Below are positions 19,800 to 33,300 of a DNA stretch of 64,000 nt, piece by piece. A program made the position numbers and the translations under genes. The stretch is from Vermamoeba vermiformis (lineage: Eukaryota). Location: the NCBI GenBank assembly GCA_045837725.1, contig JBEWZL010000243.1:1-64000 (forward strand). The letters run 5' to 3'. Numbering within the stretch: position 1 is the stretch's first letter; each line of letters starts with the position of its first letter. The notes under the pieces were generated by a model. The model saw only the letters and a list, made by a program, of their open reading frames with translations. It was not told the DNA's origin and ran no database searches.

Positions 19800-22700
19800 A
19801 TTGATATTACCTTGTTTAGCCAGCAAAAACCGAATTTAACCGATCGCGATCTAATCCTGAGACGGATTTGCAACCCCCTTGCCTCGTTCTAATAAACAAA
19901 TTATTAGTAAAAGTGTTTATTATTATATGTAAATTAATTAAACTTACGTGCTGTTGTCTCTATCTCGGCGATACAAGGAAATTAAATCGTTGCTCGAGAT
20001 CTCAATTCGAGTGGAATTTCAATCATTGCACGCTGATTTTTCCGATTATAGGGCATTCTAAACTAAAATAAATAATAAAATTAGTCTTTACAACAAGTAT
20101 ATTAATAGTTCCGACTTACCGCTGGTTCAGATATCGCGCGCTCGAAGCCACATCCACGCGCCTCGACCTCAGGAATTATCCCTAACGCTCAAAAAGCTGC
20201 TCGTGTTCGAAAAAGATTCTCGCTTGGATAATGTGGTTACTTTTTTCACAATTGTGCTCTGATTAATGCACGTCCCTTTGTTTGTAACTGACCACCACAA
20301 GCTCATTGCTCGGCTGTTTCTTTTTTCTAAGTTGAATCTTGTAACAACCACGCCTGTACTTGACAGATATTTCCTTTGCGAGTATCTTAAAATCTGCTGG
20401 GATACTGCCAATTTCAAGCGTGAAAGGAGTCTTTTCCAACAACTCGCTGTGATAAATGGCATTTCGGTGTCCAGTCATGTGATGTCCAGTTATCAATACG
20501 CGGTTGCTTTTATCAACACGTACGTTGATTTCGGGTCTCTTTAGATACGGAACAGCGAGCAATATTGTGATACGATTGTTCTTTTGGTAGACGTCGTAGC
20601 GAGGTAGTGTCTGTGAAACGATTAATACAAGCTAAAGCTCCTCTAGTTATTATTACCATGAGTTTCGCTAGTTGTGCAACTCTATCGAACTTCTCCACAA
20701 TGTTGTGAGGGGTATGGTTCTGCGACTCAGTACGCACGCCACTCCGTTTGATGGGACTCGAAGTCGGTGTCTCTCGCTGTGACTGCAACTTCTCGTTCTG
20801 TTGATTGATGTAAGATTGGAATTTGTCCAGGTTCTCTTTTCGTTTCAAAATTAATGAGTCCCGCAGAGTGTTGGCTGGCTCTTGTGGTGCTTGATCAGAA
20901 GCGAACGGCGCCGTTACAGAGTCGCGCTTGTTGTCTGGCACTGTGACCGACGAACTGGCACGTACAGCAGGGCTTTCATGTTTGGTCGGCTCTGTTATCT
21001 GCTCAGTGATCTCTCGGTTATCCTTGTCCTCAGAGAGGCCCAAAACGGGACTGATTGTTGATTTTTGGGCGAGTCTCTCGCTGGTAGGAGATTTTGGCAC
21101 CAGGCCCTCAGAGCTGTCGCGTTTTTTTCTAGGTGTGAACGCTTCTGAATTTCAGAACAATTAGATAAGGTTTCACGATAAAGTGCACGTATTATTATGG
21201 CATACCTGGATCGTGTTTGGCGATGTGTGCTTGAAATAGCTGGTCAAACTTCATCGCGGTCTCACGCACACTTGACGGTCTCTTTGGTGCATTGGATTCG
21301 GACAAACTGCGCTTTACCCTCGTTTTGGATCGTTGTTTTGCAATGACGGAAAGATTCGGCGACAAATTTGCGGGATATTTCGGCTGAGACTCCGTGGTCT
21401 CGACACGCGGTGCCGCTGACTTCACGGGTGAATGCACGAGTATTTTCTTGAATGCCTTTGGTGGCGTTGCAATTTGAGGCTCGGGTGTACGCGGAGACTT
21501 TACTGGAGAGCTGGGTAACGATTGTGCAGACTTCGGAGTAATTGGTCGGGGTGACACGAGAATCATCTGCGGAGAAGGCGGAGGCTACAAGCCGACATTA
21601 GAACACAAAGCAATACTGATTTTGACACCGTACAGTAACTGTCCTGCCCAATTCACTCTCAAGCTTTTTAATATGGTCCTTAAGTAGCACTACTTGTTGC
21701 TCCAACTTCGCGACCAATGCTTCGAGCTCTTCGTTGCTGCGTCGCTGATTCACCTTCACTGTGTTCACGATTGTGCTTGCTCTAGCAATTGCAATAATGA
21801 GAACATGGGTGACAAATAATCTTATTAATACCTCTTGCCGAATCTTAAAGTTGAGAGCGTTTCTTCGATATTGAAGCGGTGCGGAGAGCACGTCAAAACT
21901 AGCGTAGTTTTAGCGTTACCACCAAGAGAATCCTGCGAAAGTGGATTAGATATGGTTTGGAAAGCTGATGCCCTTACTTTTAAAATAAAGGTCAATTTGC
22001 TGTCGCGATAAGGCACGTGCGTCTTCTTCGTTATGGCATTGATGCAATTGCCGAGAGTACTCAACGATTGATTAATTTTCTTGGCCTATAGAAAGTCTTA
22101 TTAGTCCTCATAGCTAATAGTCGTATGCTCGCTGACCTCTTCGAGAGATTCGCCCGTAGCACCAGTTTTGTTCACTTTTTCGTTTCCCGCAAGGTCCGCG
22201 AGATTGAGTTTACTTGTCTTTGTGCTCTTGTCTTTCATCAACTGGTGCACGCTGATAATAAATAAGCTGTGGGACCGCGAGCTGACTTGATTCATTTGCG
22301 TCTGTCCAATCGTTCTTGATTTCTCGCCAACACGCAATAAATTCAAGACTTCATGCTCGTCGCCAACAGTCTAGCACAATAAGTAATGTCATAACGATAT
22401 AAATGTACGTACAACTTCGCTCAAGTTTTCGATCCACACTCCTTTTGTTGCGTGCTCGCGGATCTTTAAGTTACTGTTTGCTGGGATCAACAAATCTTTT
22501 ACGACTTCTTTGTATATCTCTAATATAATGATGAGCTATGACTGTATATCCTATTAACGTACCTAAGAACGAGCACTTGACCGTCAATTCTTCGACTAGG
22601 TCACGCTGCTTGTTGATCTGGTCGAACAACAACTTGCACGCACGAGGTATAATTCCTGCATGAACAATAAGAGTGGTACATCGTACGACATGCTTTACCT

Positions 22701-23239
22701 TCTAAACCTTGATATGTGCCAGGTACTCCAAACATCGTGAAGCTTTTACCGGATCCAGTTTGACCGTAAGCAAAAATTGTCGCGTTGAACCCATTGACAA
22801 CATCCCTAAATCATTTTAGATTCGGTGCGATATTCCTTTCGAGCTTACTCTACTGCAGGCCGTGCAACGCACTCGAAGACATCATGTTGCGTTGTATCAG
22901 GGTTGAAAATCTTTACGTTAATGAATTAAGTAATTATTCATAATTAGTGAATGTTAATATTTAAGATTGAAGCGTATTAAATCAATCACTTAATTATTAA
23001 TAAATTATTACCCTATCAAATGTAAAATTTAATGCCGGTTTGTTTTCTTCTCTCACATCCACGCTTCGCTCATCTCTGAATTGGATCAAAGAATTTCCGC
23101 TGTCATTCTTTTCTTCGTTTTTTTCTCTTTCATTTATTGGCCTGAATCGACAGACTACGCGAACCTATTTTAAATGGTCCGTGATCTGTATTTTATCAGA
23201 TCACAATTAGTCTCTTACATTTACACCAGACATTTTCAT
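19800..23239 (-). CDS. Kinesin motor protein with Pro/Ser-rich stalk and Hsp20-like C-terminal domain (3' end uncertain)
   Basis: Exons give [68 protein letters not shown]. Confidence 0.92.
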
Positions 23240-23464
23240 CCATTTTTCAACATATTAGCTCGAGACAGCTAAATTGTTCGCGTTGTGCACTCACTTGAAA
23301 CAAATGAAAAATGGCGCGATCTATTTTCGAAACAAAATCTTCAATCGAAGCAACACACACTAGCAGACAATAAGACCCTTTATTACTATTTACAATTCAC
23401 CTCGAATTAGAAATATTACATTAGTTACAGTTGGTTGGGAATTTGACGCTGCGTAGGAATGCGC

Positions 23465-24063
23465 TTATTTGGTTCGTTGTTTCTTGTTTGGAAAATTATG
23501 CGCATTTACTAAGGCCGCTAATTTTTCCTTAATGTCGGTATTGTTTGGCTCGCGCGATAATATCTCTTCGTATTGCTTTTTTGCGAGTTGATAGAAGTGT
23601 TCTGAATGGTCAAAGTCCTCTTCCTCGCTGCTTTCATCGTCCTCTTCATCACCTTCGTTCATTTCATGGTCCTCTATTGTGCGATACGAAGCACCTGGCG
23701 GAGTAACTACGCTTTGTTAATAAATTTGAAATTCTGCTATAGAGACGTCGAATTAAATAATCCTTTTTACCTCTGAACACGCAAGATGCATTTGCTAATC
23801 GATTGGTTAGTGCGGGATCGTTTTTAGCCGCTCTGTCATACAGATCCGACGCTCGTTGCTGCAAAATGGCTTTCCTGTCGAACAGCAATTAGATTTTTTG
23901 ACTTCCAATACTACAATAATTGCTAACCGATGCAAGTCTTCCTCTATTTGAGACAAAGAGACTAAAGCGTTCGCGAGCTGCACGGTTACTGCAACCTTGT
24001 CACTCTGATCCTCTGTCAACTCTTGTTCTTTCTAAAATACAACATAAACATCTCCAATATCAT
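23465..24063 (-). CDS. Hypothetical helical/TPR-like protein
   Basis: Short exon-like ORFs (23807..24019, 23664..23888, 23465..23662) ending ...YEEILSREPNNTDIKEKL; start uncertain. Confidence 0.45.
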
Positions 24064-24324
24064 GATAAGTAGGCGGGATCGTCAGATTAGCGAATTGTTA
24101 TTTTCTAATGGAAGAAATAATATTTTTTTTAATTTAAAAGGAAATCCGAAGTATGACCATCCTCTAAAAAATATAACCGCCATCTTTCACCAATAAAATA
24201 TTAAAATTAACAATACCTTTGCAATAACATTTTCGAGCTCGATCTTCTGATCTTGAATGAGTTGTTTGTCCATAACAAGGTAATTTCAAATAAATCTTTA
24301 CTACAACAGTATGATGTTATCAAA

Positions 24325-27300
24325 TTACATGAGCATTTGTTGCAACTCCAATGGCAACATTTGTAAGAAAGGATTTGGTTCGTCATCAACAACGAAGTCC
24401 GTGTCAATTTCAACACACGTGGTAATTGCGTATAACAAACGATCACGTGTTACTTCGAGGCTTGAGTACTGTGGTAAATCCAAAGAGAAGAAACAAGTGT
24501 GCGCCTCTGGCAAGAATTGATCTGGATCTCCGTCCTTGAGGAAGCGACACAGAGCGAAGGGCATTGGCCACTCGTTATCAGCGGGCAAACGAGACCTACC
24601 CAACACGAAGCGAATCAACAATTGCTTTTGCTCTTCGGTGAATCCTTCGACTGCTTCCCAGAAGAACTTGACGTATTGAGCGGTAGGATCCACCATTTTG
24701 TACACGGTGTGGCTCTTTAGCACATTGACGTCAACGCTACGAGAACCGCAAACTCGCTGCTCGACCTCACGTGGCGTCAGTATGTTCAAGAATTGTTGCG
24801 GCAAGATTTGGTTGATGCCTGAAAAGATCTGTTAGCTTTCCGTTGCTGATCGAGTAAATTTCAAACACTTACCTCTAATCATCGCTTCAACTTGAGGAGC
24901 GAACTCGTGCAGTTTGTAATCTTGCAACAACTTGGCAAATTCTAGTCTGTTGTCGAAGGTAACCGTCTCTTCATCACCGCCAGATCGCAATTCAACGTCT
25001 CGGCCATCGGCTGACTTTGCAGTGAAATTTTGGAAAATGACGTCTTCGAAGGTTTCACGCGTCAGCGCACCATCACCTGCCAAGGCACCGCGAATGTTTT
25101 CCAAAAGGTGCGCAATGTTCATGTCAATATTCTTCAAGTCCTCGACGTCCACTTTGAGGCCTACAAGTGGTTTCCAAATGATAGACGGCCAGTCAAACTC
25201 AAGCGGATTGCGAGTACGGATTGCTATGCCAATCAGCTTGCCAATAAACTCGAAGTATTTGATGCTCGCGACAGTGCTCGCGGAAGGGTTTGGCACGAAC
25301 TTCTCTTGATCTGGACCAAGCTGGAATTGATTATTCGCAGTTGGGACGAATAACTCCTTCTCGCTTTGTATCTCCTTGCAAACTTGAGAACTGCAAACAA
25401 CGTTAGATCCTATACTACAAAAGTAATTAATCTTCTTACATTGTCTCGCGGTAAGGTCCACCAATGTCCGTGGCACCTTCTTTCTCGAAGATCACTTCAA
25501 ACGCACGATCCTCTTGTCGCAGTCGCTGGCTTTGTATTTTCTGGAATTGCTTGAAGACTTGACGCCAAAGAGCTCCAGCATGACGATTCAGCTTCATCTT
25601 GGGTCTAATCAAGTTCGTTGAGGTCTCGTGCAATGCTGCTGTGAGCCACTCGGTCTTCATTCCCCAGAACAAAAGTCCTCGGAGATGACTTAACGAAGCC
25701 GTAATACTCCACTGATCGACGATCTTTCGAAGGTCCAAGAAAGGCAATAACTTGCCTACTCGATAATTGAAGTACTTGAGGAGTTCAAATCGTGCTTCAA
25801 TAGCCTCCATTGTGAAATTCTGTAAAAGAGGAGCCAGCTGAGAAGTGTCGCAGTCCGCTAAGCTGAACTGAACGGACTCGTGAATGCCATACGGCGTTGA
25901 GTCTTGAGTGTGCAAGCGCTTGAACTTGGCGATGGCGTTGATGATAGCGACAAGCTGCTGGTCCTTGTGCACAGTCCAGTCATCAAGCGTGTCCAAACAA
26001 ACCTTCATCATCCTCTCGCTCTTTGATTGTTGTTCTGCAGCCGTTTGCTGATTGAATATGGGCGTGACGGTGAAGCGGAAGCCCCAATCGGGGAAGTTCC
26101 TGTTTGACATAAAGCGCCATACAAAGGAGTTCCCCTTGATCTTCAGCTGAGCAGGGAAGGTCTGGCTGAATCGTTCGATTAATTCACCTTGCTCGTCTTC
26201 AAAAACCAAGAATGCGTGGTTAGGAACAAGTGAAGTACGTGGATCGAACTCGATGAGCAGATCAGTAGCGTTCTTGATGCTGATAGAACTGTCAAGATTG
26301 CTTTGAGGTCTGTATGGGTGCGTTGACTCTTCAACCCAAACTTGACCTTGGTGTTGCCTGAATTTGCCAGTGAACGCCTTCTTTATGAAATCCTTCGAGA
26401 AATTCTGCCCCTTGAGCAACTTGTCCATCACATCGGCGAGTTCTTGACCGTTCTTGAAGAAGCCGTAGCTCTTCTTGAATCCCAACTTCTGCGAGTCAGG
26501 CAGAACTTGGCCCTTCTCTTCGCAATCCAATTGTTTCGCGTGATTGACTTTGATAAGCACCTCAATCATTCGTTGCAAGTACAAAGAGTGCGTGCTGGCA
26601 ATGGACTTTCGCTCATCTTCATACAACTGCTTGACTTCAGTCTCGAGCATTGCAAGCAGATTGACGTTTGGTCTGTCATCTTCATCAAATAAGCGCCATT
26701 GGTTGAAGAGTCTAGCGATTGCTGTAAGAATGCGAATGCGGTTTGGAACGGCAAACTCTCGCTTGTGGTAGTGCTTGATTAATGCCTCGAAGAGTTCATT
26801 GCAGTACAAAGGCTTCACCCAAACGGGTTCCATGTTGAGCAACCAATCAACCACGAACATTCCAAACTCGAAACTGGGCTTTGTGAGCATCTCTTCGTCT
26901 GTGAGCTTCGGAGCAAGAGGAACGACCCAGAATTTGTAGCCCCATTCGGGATTTTCCTTGTCAGTCTCGAACGTAAGCCAGAAGCTGTTCGAGTTGACGA
27001 TTGTTGTCGGCCATGCTTGGTGACCCTTGCCATGGAAGATACCAATCAGCTTACTAAGACTGGCGTCTTCAAAGAATGAGCAAAAGTCGAAGCCAGCTTC
27101 AGTATGACAATCTTTGTCGAAAATGACGCAGCAACTTTCCGAGCCCTCCAGTTTGATCATGCGACGGAACTTCGCATTGTTTTGGTACGGATGGGATGAT
27201 TCTTCAACAAGATATGGGTACTCTTGATCCAAACTGCCAATCAAATTGCGAATGCACTCGGAGATAAGCATATCAGTGAACTTTGACTGGAAGCCAGACT

Positions 27301-30300
27301 CAGCGGCTGGCTGTTGTGTTGTGAGTTTGAGGCTTCTCCGCGACTGGTTGCAACTTGGGACTAGCAGGCTTTGGATTACCTGGCGTCGGTTGCATGTGAA
27401 TTGCAGCAATTGATTCCTTTCTCCGAACGCGCACAAGGTTAGACTCTTCCCTGCGCAATGGAGCAGAAGCATCGTTGATTGTCTTGATCCATGCCTGTTG
27501 ATCTTGCGCGTTCTCGCAACTGAAAATTAACGTGTTGTTCGGAATGGTGACCTCGAAACAGTTGTCTCGGTTTAATGTCTTGGGTGCTGCCTTGACCGCG
27601 ATTATGTTCTTCAATTCTGTCTCGGACATTGGAGGCAAGGGCTTTGCCTTTTTGACATTCAAAGAGTTTTCAGTTAGCACAACAAATCTCTCCATCCATT
27701 GCTGTCTTCCAATCGACGGACCAGCTGAAAGCATTTGAAGCGAACCACTACAATAAAATTAGTACCTTCGCAAAATAATCAGAGTTAGAAATATACCTGA
27801 ACAGCACCTTCGCTGGTACTCTCGCCGGTTGGAAAGCTGCTGTTAGCTTGGCTACACCGCCGCTAACCGGCTGTTTTACAGGACCGACGGCTGTTTTCAC
27901 GGGGCTCGGACCACCAGGCGCAACAATACCAACCTTTGGTCCAAATTTGGCCGTTCCAATCTTTGGTGGTGCCGTGCCCGATGGAGGCATAGGCAACTTC
28001 GGGTTTGACTTAGCGAGCGGACCTTGCAAAGGTTGTTTGGGACCAACCATGCCCTTGACAAAACCCGGGCCTTTACCTTGGATAGGCATTTTAGGCAACG
28101 AACCCTGTTTGGGAATGGCAGGGCCGGTAGGATTTGTTACTGACGCAGCGGCTAGCTTCTTTCGCTCGTCAATTCTGGGTTTGGCTAGATTGAGCCAGTG
28201 AGCGGCGATTTTGCGAACTAGCTGATCGACACGGCTCTTGGCTCCCACACCATGAGGCAATGATCTAAAGACAGTCTCTTGCTTCAAGATCTGACGCACT
28301 CTTTCTTTAACCAGCTTTAGCTCGTTGTTCTCCTTGAGACTGAAATCGACGCTCTCTACCGAAGTAGCAGAAATATTCTCGAGGATCATCAACTTTAGCA
28401 ATTGAATCAAGCTGATCGCTCCTCCGATAACATGCAACGAGAGCGTTTCAGTGGCGGGCACGTTCTTTAGGAAACTGAATGTAGCTTGACGCGAGTATAG
28501 AACTGCCAATTGCTGCTCGAGTACTGCTCTTTGCTGTTGAATTTCGGCTTTGGACGCTCTTTGGAACTCTGTGTCAACGAGTTCCAGCGAGTTGACGTTA
28601 TACCAGAACAACTGTTCGCTCCTCTTCCTCATCTTCATCGTGTTCATCCTCGTCATCATGAGAATGATCATCGATATTGGTGATACGCAACAGGACGTAT
28701 TTGTCTTTGATATTAATGTTTTCCACAATGCCAATCTTGCCAATAGTTGAATTCATCTGCGAGACCCAGAATCCTTGCGTTGCTACGTCAGCTCGAGCAA
28801 CTGCCAGGCGCCAACCGATTTGAACGTTTTCGATGGCAATGTTGCCCTTTGAAGCCTCGCTGCCATAAAGATCCGGCAAGAGAGCAGAGCCCTTGGCGCT
28901 GAATGCATCGTTTGGAACAGGTGTTTCTATCACCAAGTAGATATTCTTCGGGTTATTCTTGGCCTCCTCTTTCTCGCACGAGGCACAGATATTGAAGTTG
29001 GGCTTACTCAAAGCCTTGTAGCGAACTCCAACAATCTGCGCCTTGTTACAAATGTCGCACTTGACATCTTTGTGAACGAGATCCGAAGCAGGCTTCTCCA
29101 GCTTGTCATTCTTGTACAAATTAGGCAACAAAGGAAGTACAGCGCTAGGAGGCGGGTAGATGACGGGGAATAAGCTCGAAGGACATTCCTTGAAACGTAT
29201 TAGAATTCGGCTGGTAGAGTATTAGAAAGCTTACTCTGCGAGAAGGCAAAGGAACATTGACTTTGTAATAAATCTGCCACGATAGTCTATCCTTTGTCGT
29301 GTAGCACTTTTCGCACAGATCGAAGTCGGGCAAATTCGCATTCTTGTAACGACAGCCCTTGATGGGGGAAGCACCGCAACCATCACACCGCCAGCCAACA
29401 TGAACATCAGTGGCACCAGAAACGGCTCCTTCTTCAAGCTGTTTCTTATTTGCGATGAATGATAAGAATTCCAAGAACTCGACTTCTCCGTCATTGTTCA
29501 CTGATAAACGGTTAGAGTACATTAGCAGTAGAAATTACTTACAATCCATTTGTTGGAATGTTTCAATATCAGCATCATCACCACCACGACCAAGAGCAGT
29601 CAGAGCTAAGATGAACTCCGCCAGTGAAATTCGGCCGTCTCCATCAAGGTCGAAAACGGAAAACTCTTCTTTGATCTCGCGGACATCTGCAAAGCTCAAG
29701 TTTCCTGCTTTCATAATCTTCAACAGCTTATCGTTGAATGATAAGTTGTCGTCATCTTCTTGCTCTTCGACTTTTTGTGCCTTCGCTGCAACTGCCTTCT
29801 TCTCGGCACTAGCGGTGAGATCTTGATCGGGCAAAAACGATAGATAGCGGCGAGCGTTGACAAGCTTCTGTTCTGTTGCTGAAAGCTTGACTCGATCCGT
29901 CGTGCTCAGCGGTGACAAAGCTAATTGCACCAAACTTGGCATGATCGTTTCTTGCAAAACAGGATCGAGGTTGTTTTGTGGGAACTTGACTAAAGCGTCC
30001 AGTGCCTTGATTGACGTCATCTTCACTCTCGCGAACAATGCTGCTACAGTCTGAGGTGCTGTCTTGACATCAATGTGGAATGGTATAATTGCTTGGAAGA
30101 CTTCACATAGCTCTTTAGTCAAAGGAACCATCTCTGGCTTCACGTCAATATCTTGACTGAAGTGAATGTCGTGTTCATTCTCGACAACGATGAAGTCGAA
30201 GCGATCTAACACGTGCTCTGACTCTTCGGCATGCGCATCACGAAGCATTACTTCGTATTTGCCGTAGTTATTCGTGGCCACGATGACACCATTCTGGGAG

Positions 30301-33300
30301 CCCAATGCTACTCTGGCACCAATCCTCGGATGGTCTTTGAATGCACCAATTATCTCTAAAGATTTGCAAGCCTTATCGATTCTGGGCTTCCAGTTTTGAG
30401 TGATTGAATTGACGTTCATCTTCGCCCCCTTGACAAATTCCGGAATGCTCTTCAAACTTTCCATAATCGCGTTGCGCAAGTGAGTCTCCCACTCTGCTCC
30501 TTGAGTCAGCAGATGACGTGCGAGCATTACAGACTCGTAATCGTGTGCTTCAATAACATCACGCTGATGTTTCAGTGGTCGTGTCAATGCAAGTAATTCT
30601 CCGAACTTGTTGTTCATGTCTGTTGTGCTTGGTTAGCGACGCTTCTAATAATGCCTATTCGATCTATCTTACCAAAAGCGAATGGCCTTTGGCCGAAGTT
30701 GACCGCCACCACGGCACTTGGGGAATTGAGACCAACAGCAGGGAAGAAGCTTCCAAATACGTTACGGAATGCAAGTCCAACCGTCGCTCCATTTCTTGTA
30801 AAAGCGACGGATCCCGTTTCACAGTCCCAGAAAAGTCCTGCAACGTCGCTTGGTTTTTCCCAAGTGGGGCCAAACTCCGCGCCGGAACCCTCTAATCGGT
30901 AGTTAAACGCATTACCTATCGATTGATTAGACTCGTTCCATAAGTGTGATAACCAACGTACCATCGTCAGCGTGGTAGCCGTAGCTGCCGTGTGACCAGC
31001 CTGGCATACCGTCCATCTGAGGAATCTGCTCAGCGGGATACAATCCAATGCTAACAGCTGCATCTTTGCCCGGATTAACGATGGTAACTTCGTAATAGAA
31101 AAACTTGGCAGCAGTTGGAACGGACCGATCTGAGTGAACCAAGCTGACAGTATCAGTTCTCATATTGCCGTTAATAAGAACGTATCTAAAGACAAAAATT
31201 GTTAGTTTAGACACCTTGCTCACGGAACAACATACCCGTCGTCAGACACCATAACAGGACCGCACGTGTGGCTGCCGTTCATTTTTGTCGGACCATGGCT
31301 AGCCAAAGCGAAAGGAGTAGCTGAGTCTGCTTTTTGTTTAAGTGACTTAAGCAAATGATGCGCGTTGGTAGGCACTGGTGAGCTTGCAGGAGTCACTTCC
31401 AGAGCGGGCGCTAACACGGCAGGGCCAAGGGAGCTCATAAATCGCAGGCTACGCAAAAGTAGCGAAGTTGTTGACGGCTCCGTGGAACGCGCAAGCAATT
31501 CGATAAAGACTTTGGCGAGTGTCTTGTTGCTTCGCAGTAAGGTAGAAACTGATGACTTGCCCAAAAGAGTGAAGAACAATGCTACAAAGCGTCGCACCCA
31601 CAAGCCAGTTGTTTTTGTGGATGTCAGCACGGGCTGCAATGCTTCCACAAATTCGTTCAGCAAGCCAACAACTCCTTGATCTGTTTCTGGTGCTGTTTTA
31701 AACACGCTGTGACCAACCGACCAGAACACAAGTAAGCCAAGGTCCGAATGATTGCCAGAGTACAGCGTGCCAGCCTTCTTCAAGATACCACTCTTGTGTA
31801 TTAACGTCGCGTCAGAAGGCAACCAAGCCACAGTAAGAAGTGACGTGGCGGCGTCAAAAGTAAGGTGATGTTGCGGGGTGCTGAGGAGCTTGCCTAATAG
31901 GCCCAAGTACAAGTCGGCAAATGCCTTGCTAAGCTTTTGCTTGGAGTCGACTGAAGCGCCCTGAAGCTGATCCAAATAGCTACTGACATCATTCTTACGA
32001 GAGGTGAACGCCTTTCCAACAGCCGCTAACACGTCGTTGATGACAAGTGGATAGTTGAGGGAATTGACCAAATCCAGCACGTGAACAAACGCCTCCTCGC
32101 GCTGCTTCGCTGCCAATTGCCCTTGCTTGATAGATGCGTACAGTACTTGAGCATCTAAATTGCTAAGCAAAAAGGATTGGACATGCTCGACTGCGACGTC
32201 CGCGTTTGCCACAACACAGTTCAATAGTAACTTGGCGCGTGCAACAATGCTTGATGCAATCTCTTGGTAAAGATTGGTTTTCTTGGCCAACAGTCCTTTG
32301 GCGTCGAGCCCCTTAGAGAAGTCATCAGATGCACTTGCTGCTTGCACTCTCATCATAATCTGCTGTCTAATCGCTCTAGCGATACTCCACACAGATGAAA
32401 CCGCGGGTGGAACAACAGCAGGAAGGGGCGCGCTTTGTGCTAACTTCTTCACTTCGTCAACAAGACTAGGACGGAAGTGCAATACAGCCGCGATAGCGTA
32501 TCTTTCGGCAACTGTAACACTTCTTCTGAGGGTGTTATTACGGTGTAATTGAATTATTGAAATCAGCATACGTACCCTTGGTGTGAAGGTCCTCCAAGCA
32601 GTCTAGTCTCCAACCACTTTGCAAGCTTGGCAACAGGCTTAGTGGCATTTGCGATATCCAATAAATCCTCGACCACCTCGTCATTCTTCTGACTTTCGTC
32701 AATGCCGGCATCAAATAGCTTGGGATCCATCTTAGTGTCTTGATGTAGGGCGGACATGCCAGTCATGCCCTTCAACAAAGCGCCAATGAGAGAGGCAAGT
32801 CTAGTTTCGAGTTCAACTGTCCAAGGCACCTGAGGATCTTCTTTTGGTTGAGAATCTTCGTCCTCATCCTCTTCTTCATCCTCATCGTGCGGAACAGCTA
32901 CACCAGTGATGTAACACTTATAACCCCACGCATCGGAGGACATCTCTTCAGGGGTATGGAAAACAAGTGCCAACGCATCACCAGGCACAAGTAGTCGTAC
33001 AGGAAAGACGGACTTGTCCGTAAGTGGAGGGCACACTCGGACGGTTCTCTCGGGATTCATGATATGCAAGTAAGTCCCCGGGCCAAGTGCCGTTTTGGCA
33101 TCGAACTCAACAATCATGTAATCAGCCCTGCTAGCGTTAGTACTATTAACTGTATGTCCCTTAAGCTTACTTTGGGAATCCAAATATATCCACGGTGTCA
33201 GTGTCAGGTTGACAAGGATGCTGCGACTCTCGGACTTCTTGAGAAGGCAATTGTACTTGCGACATTCGATGCAAAGCCTCTATGTCATCAGCAGGACCAT

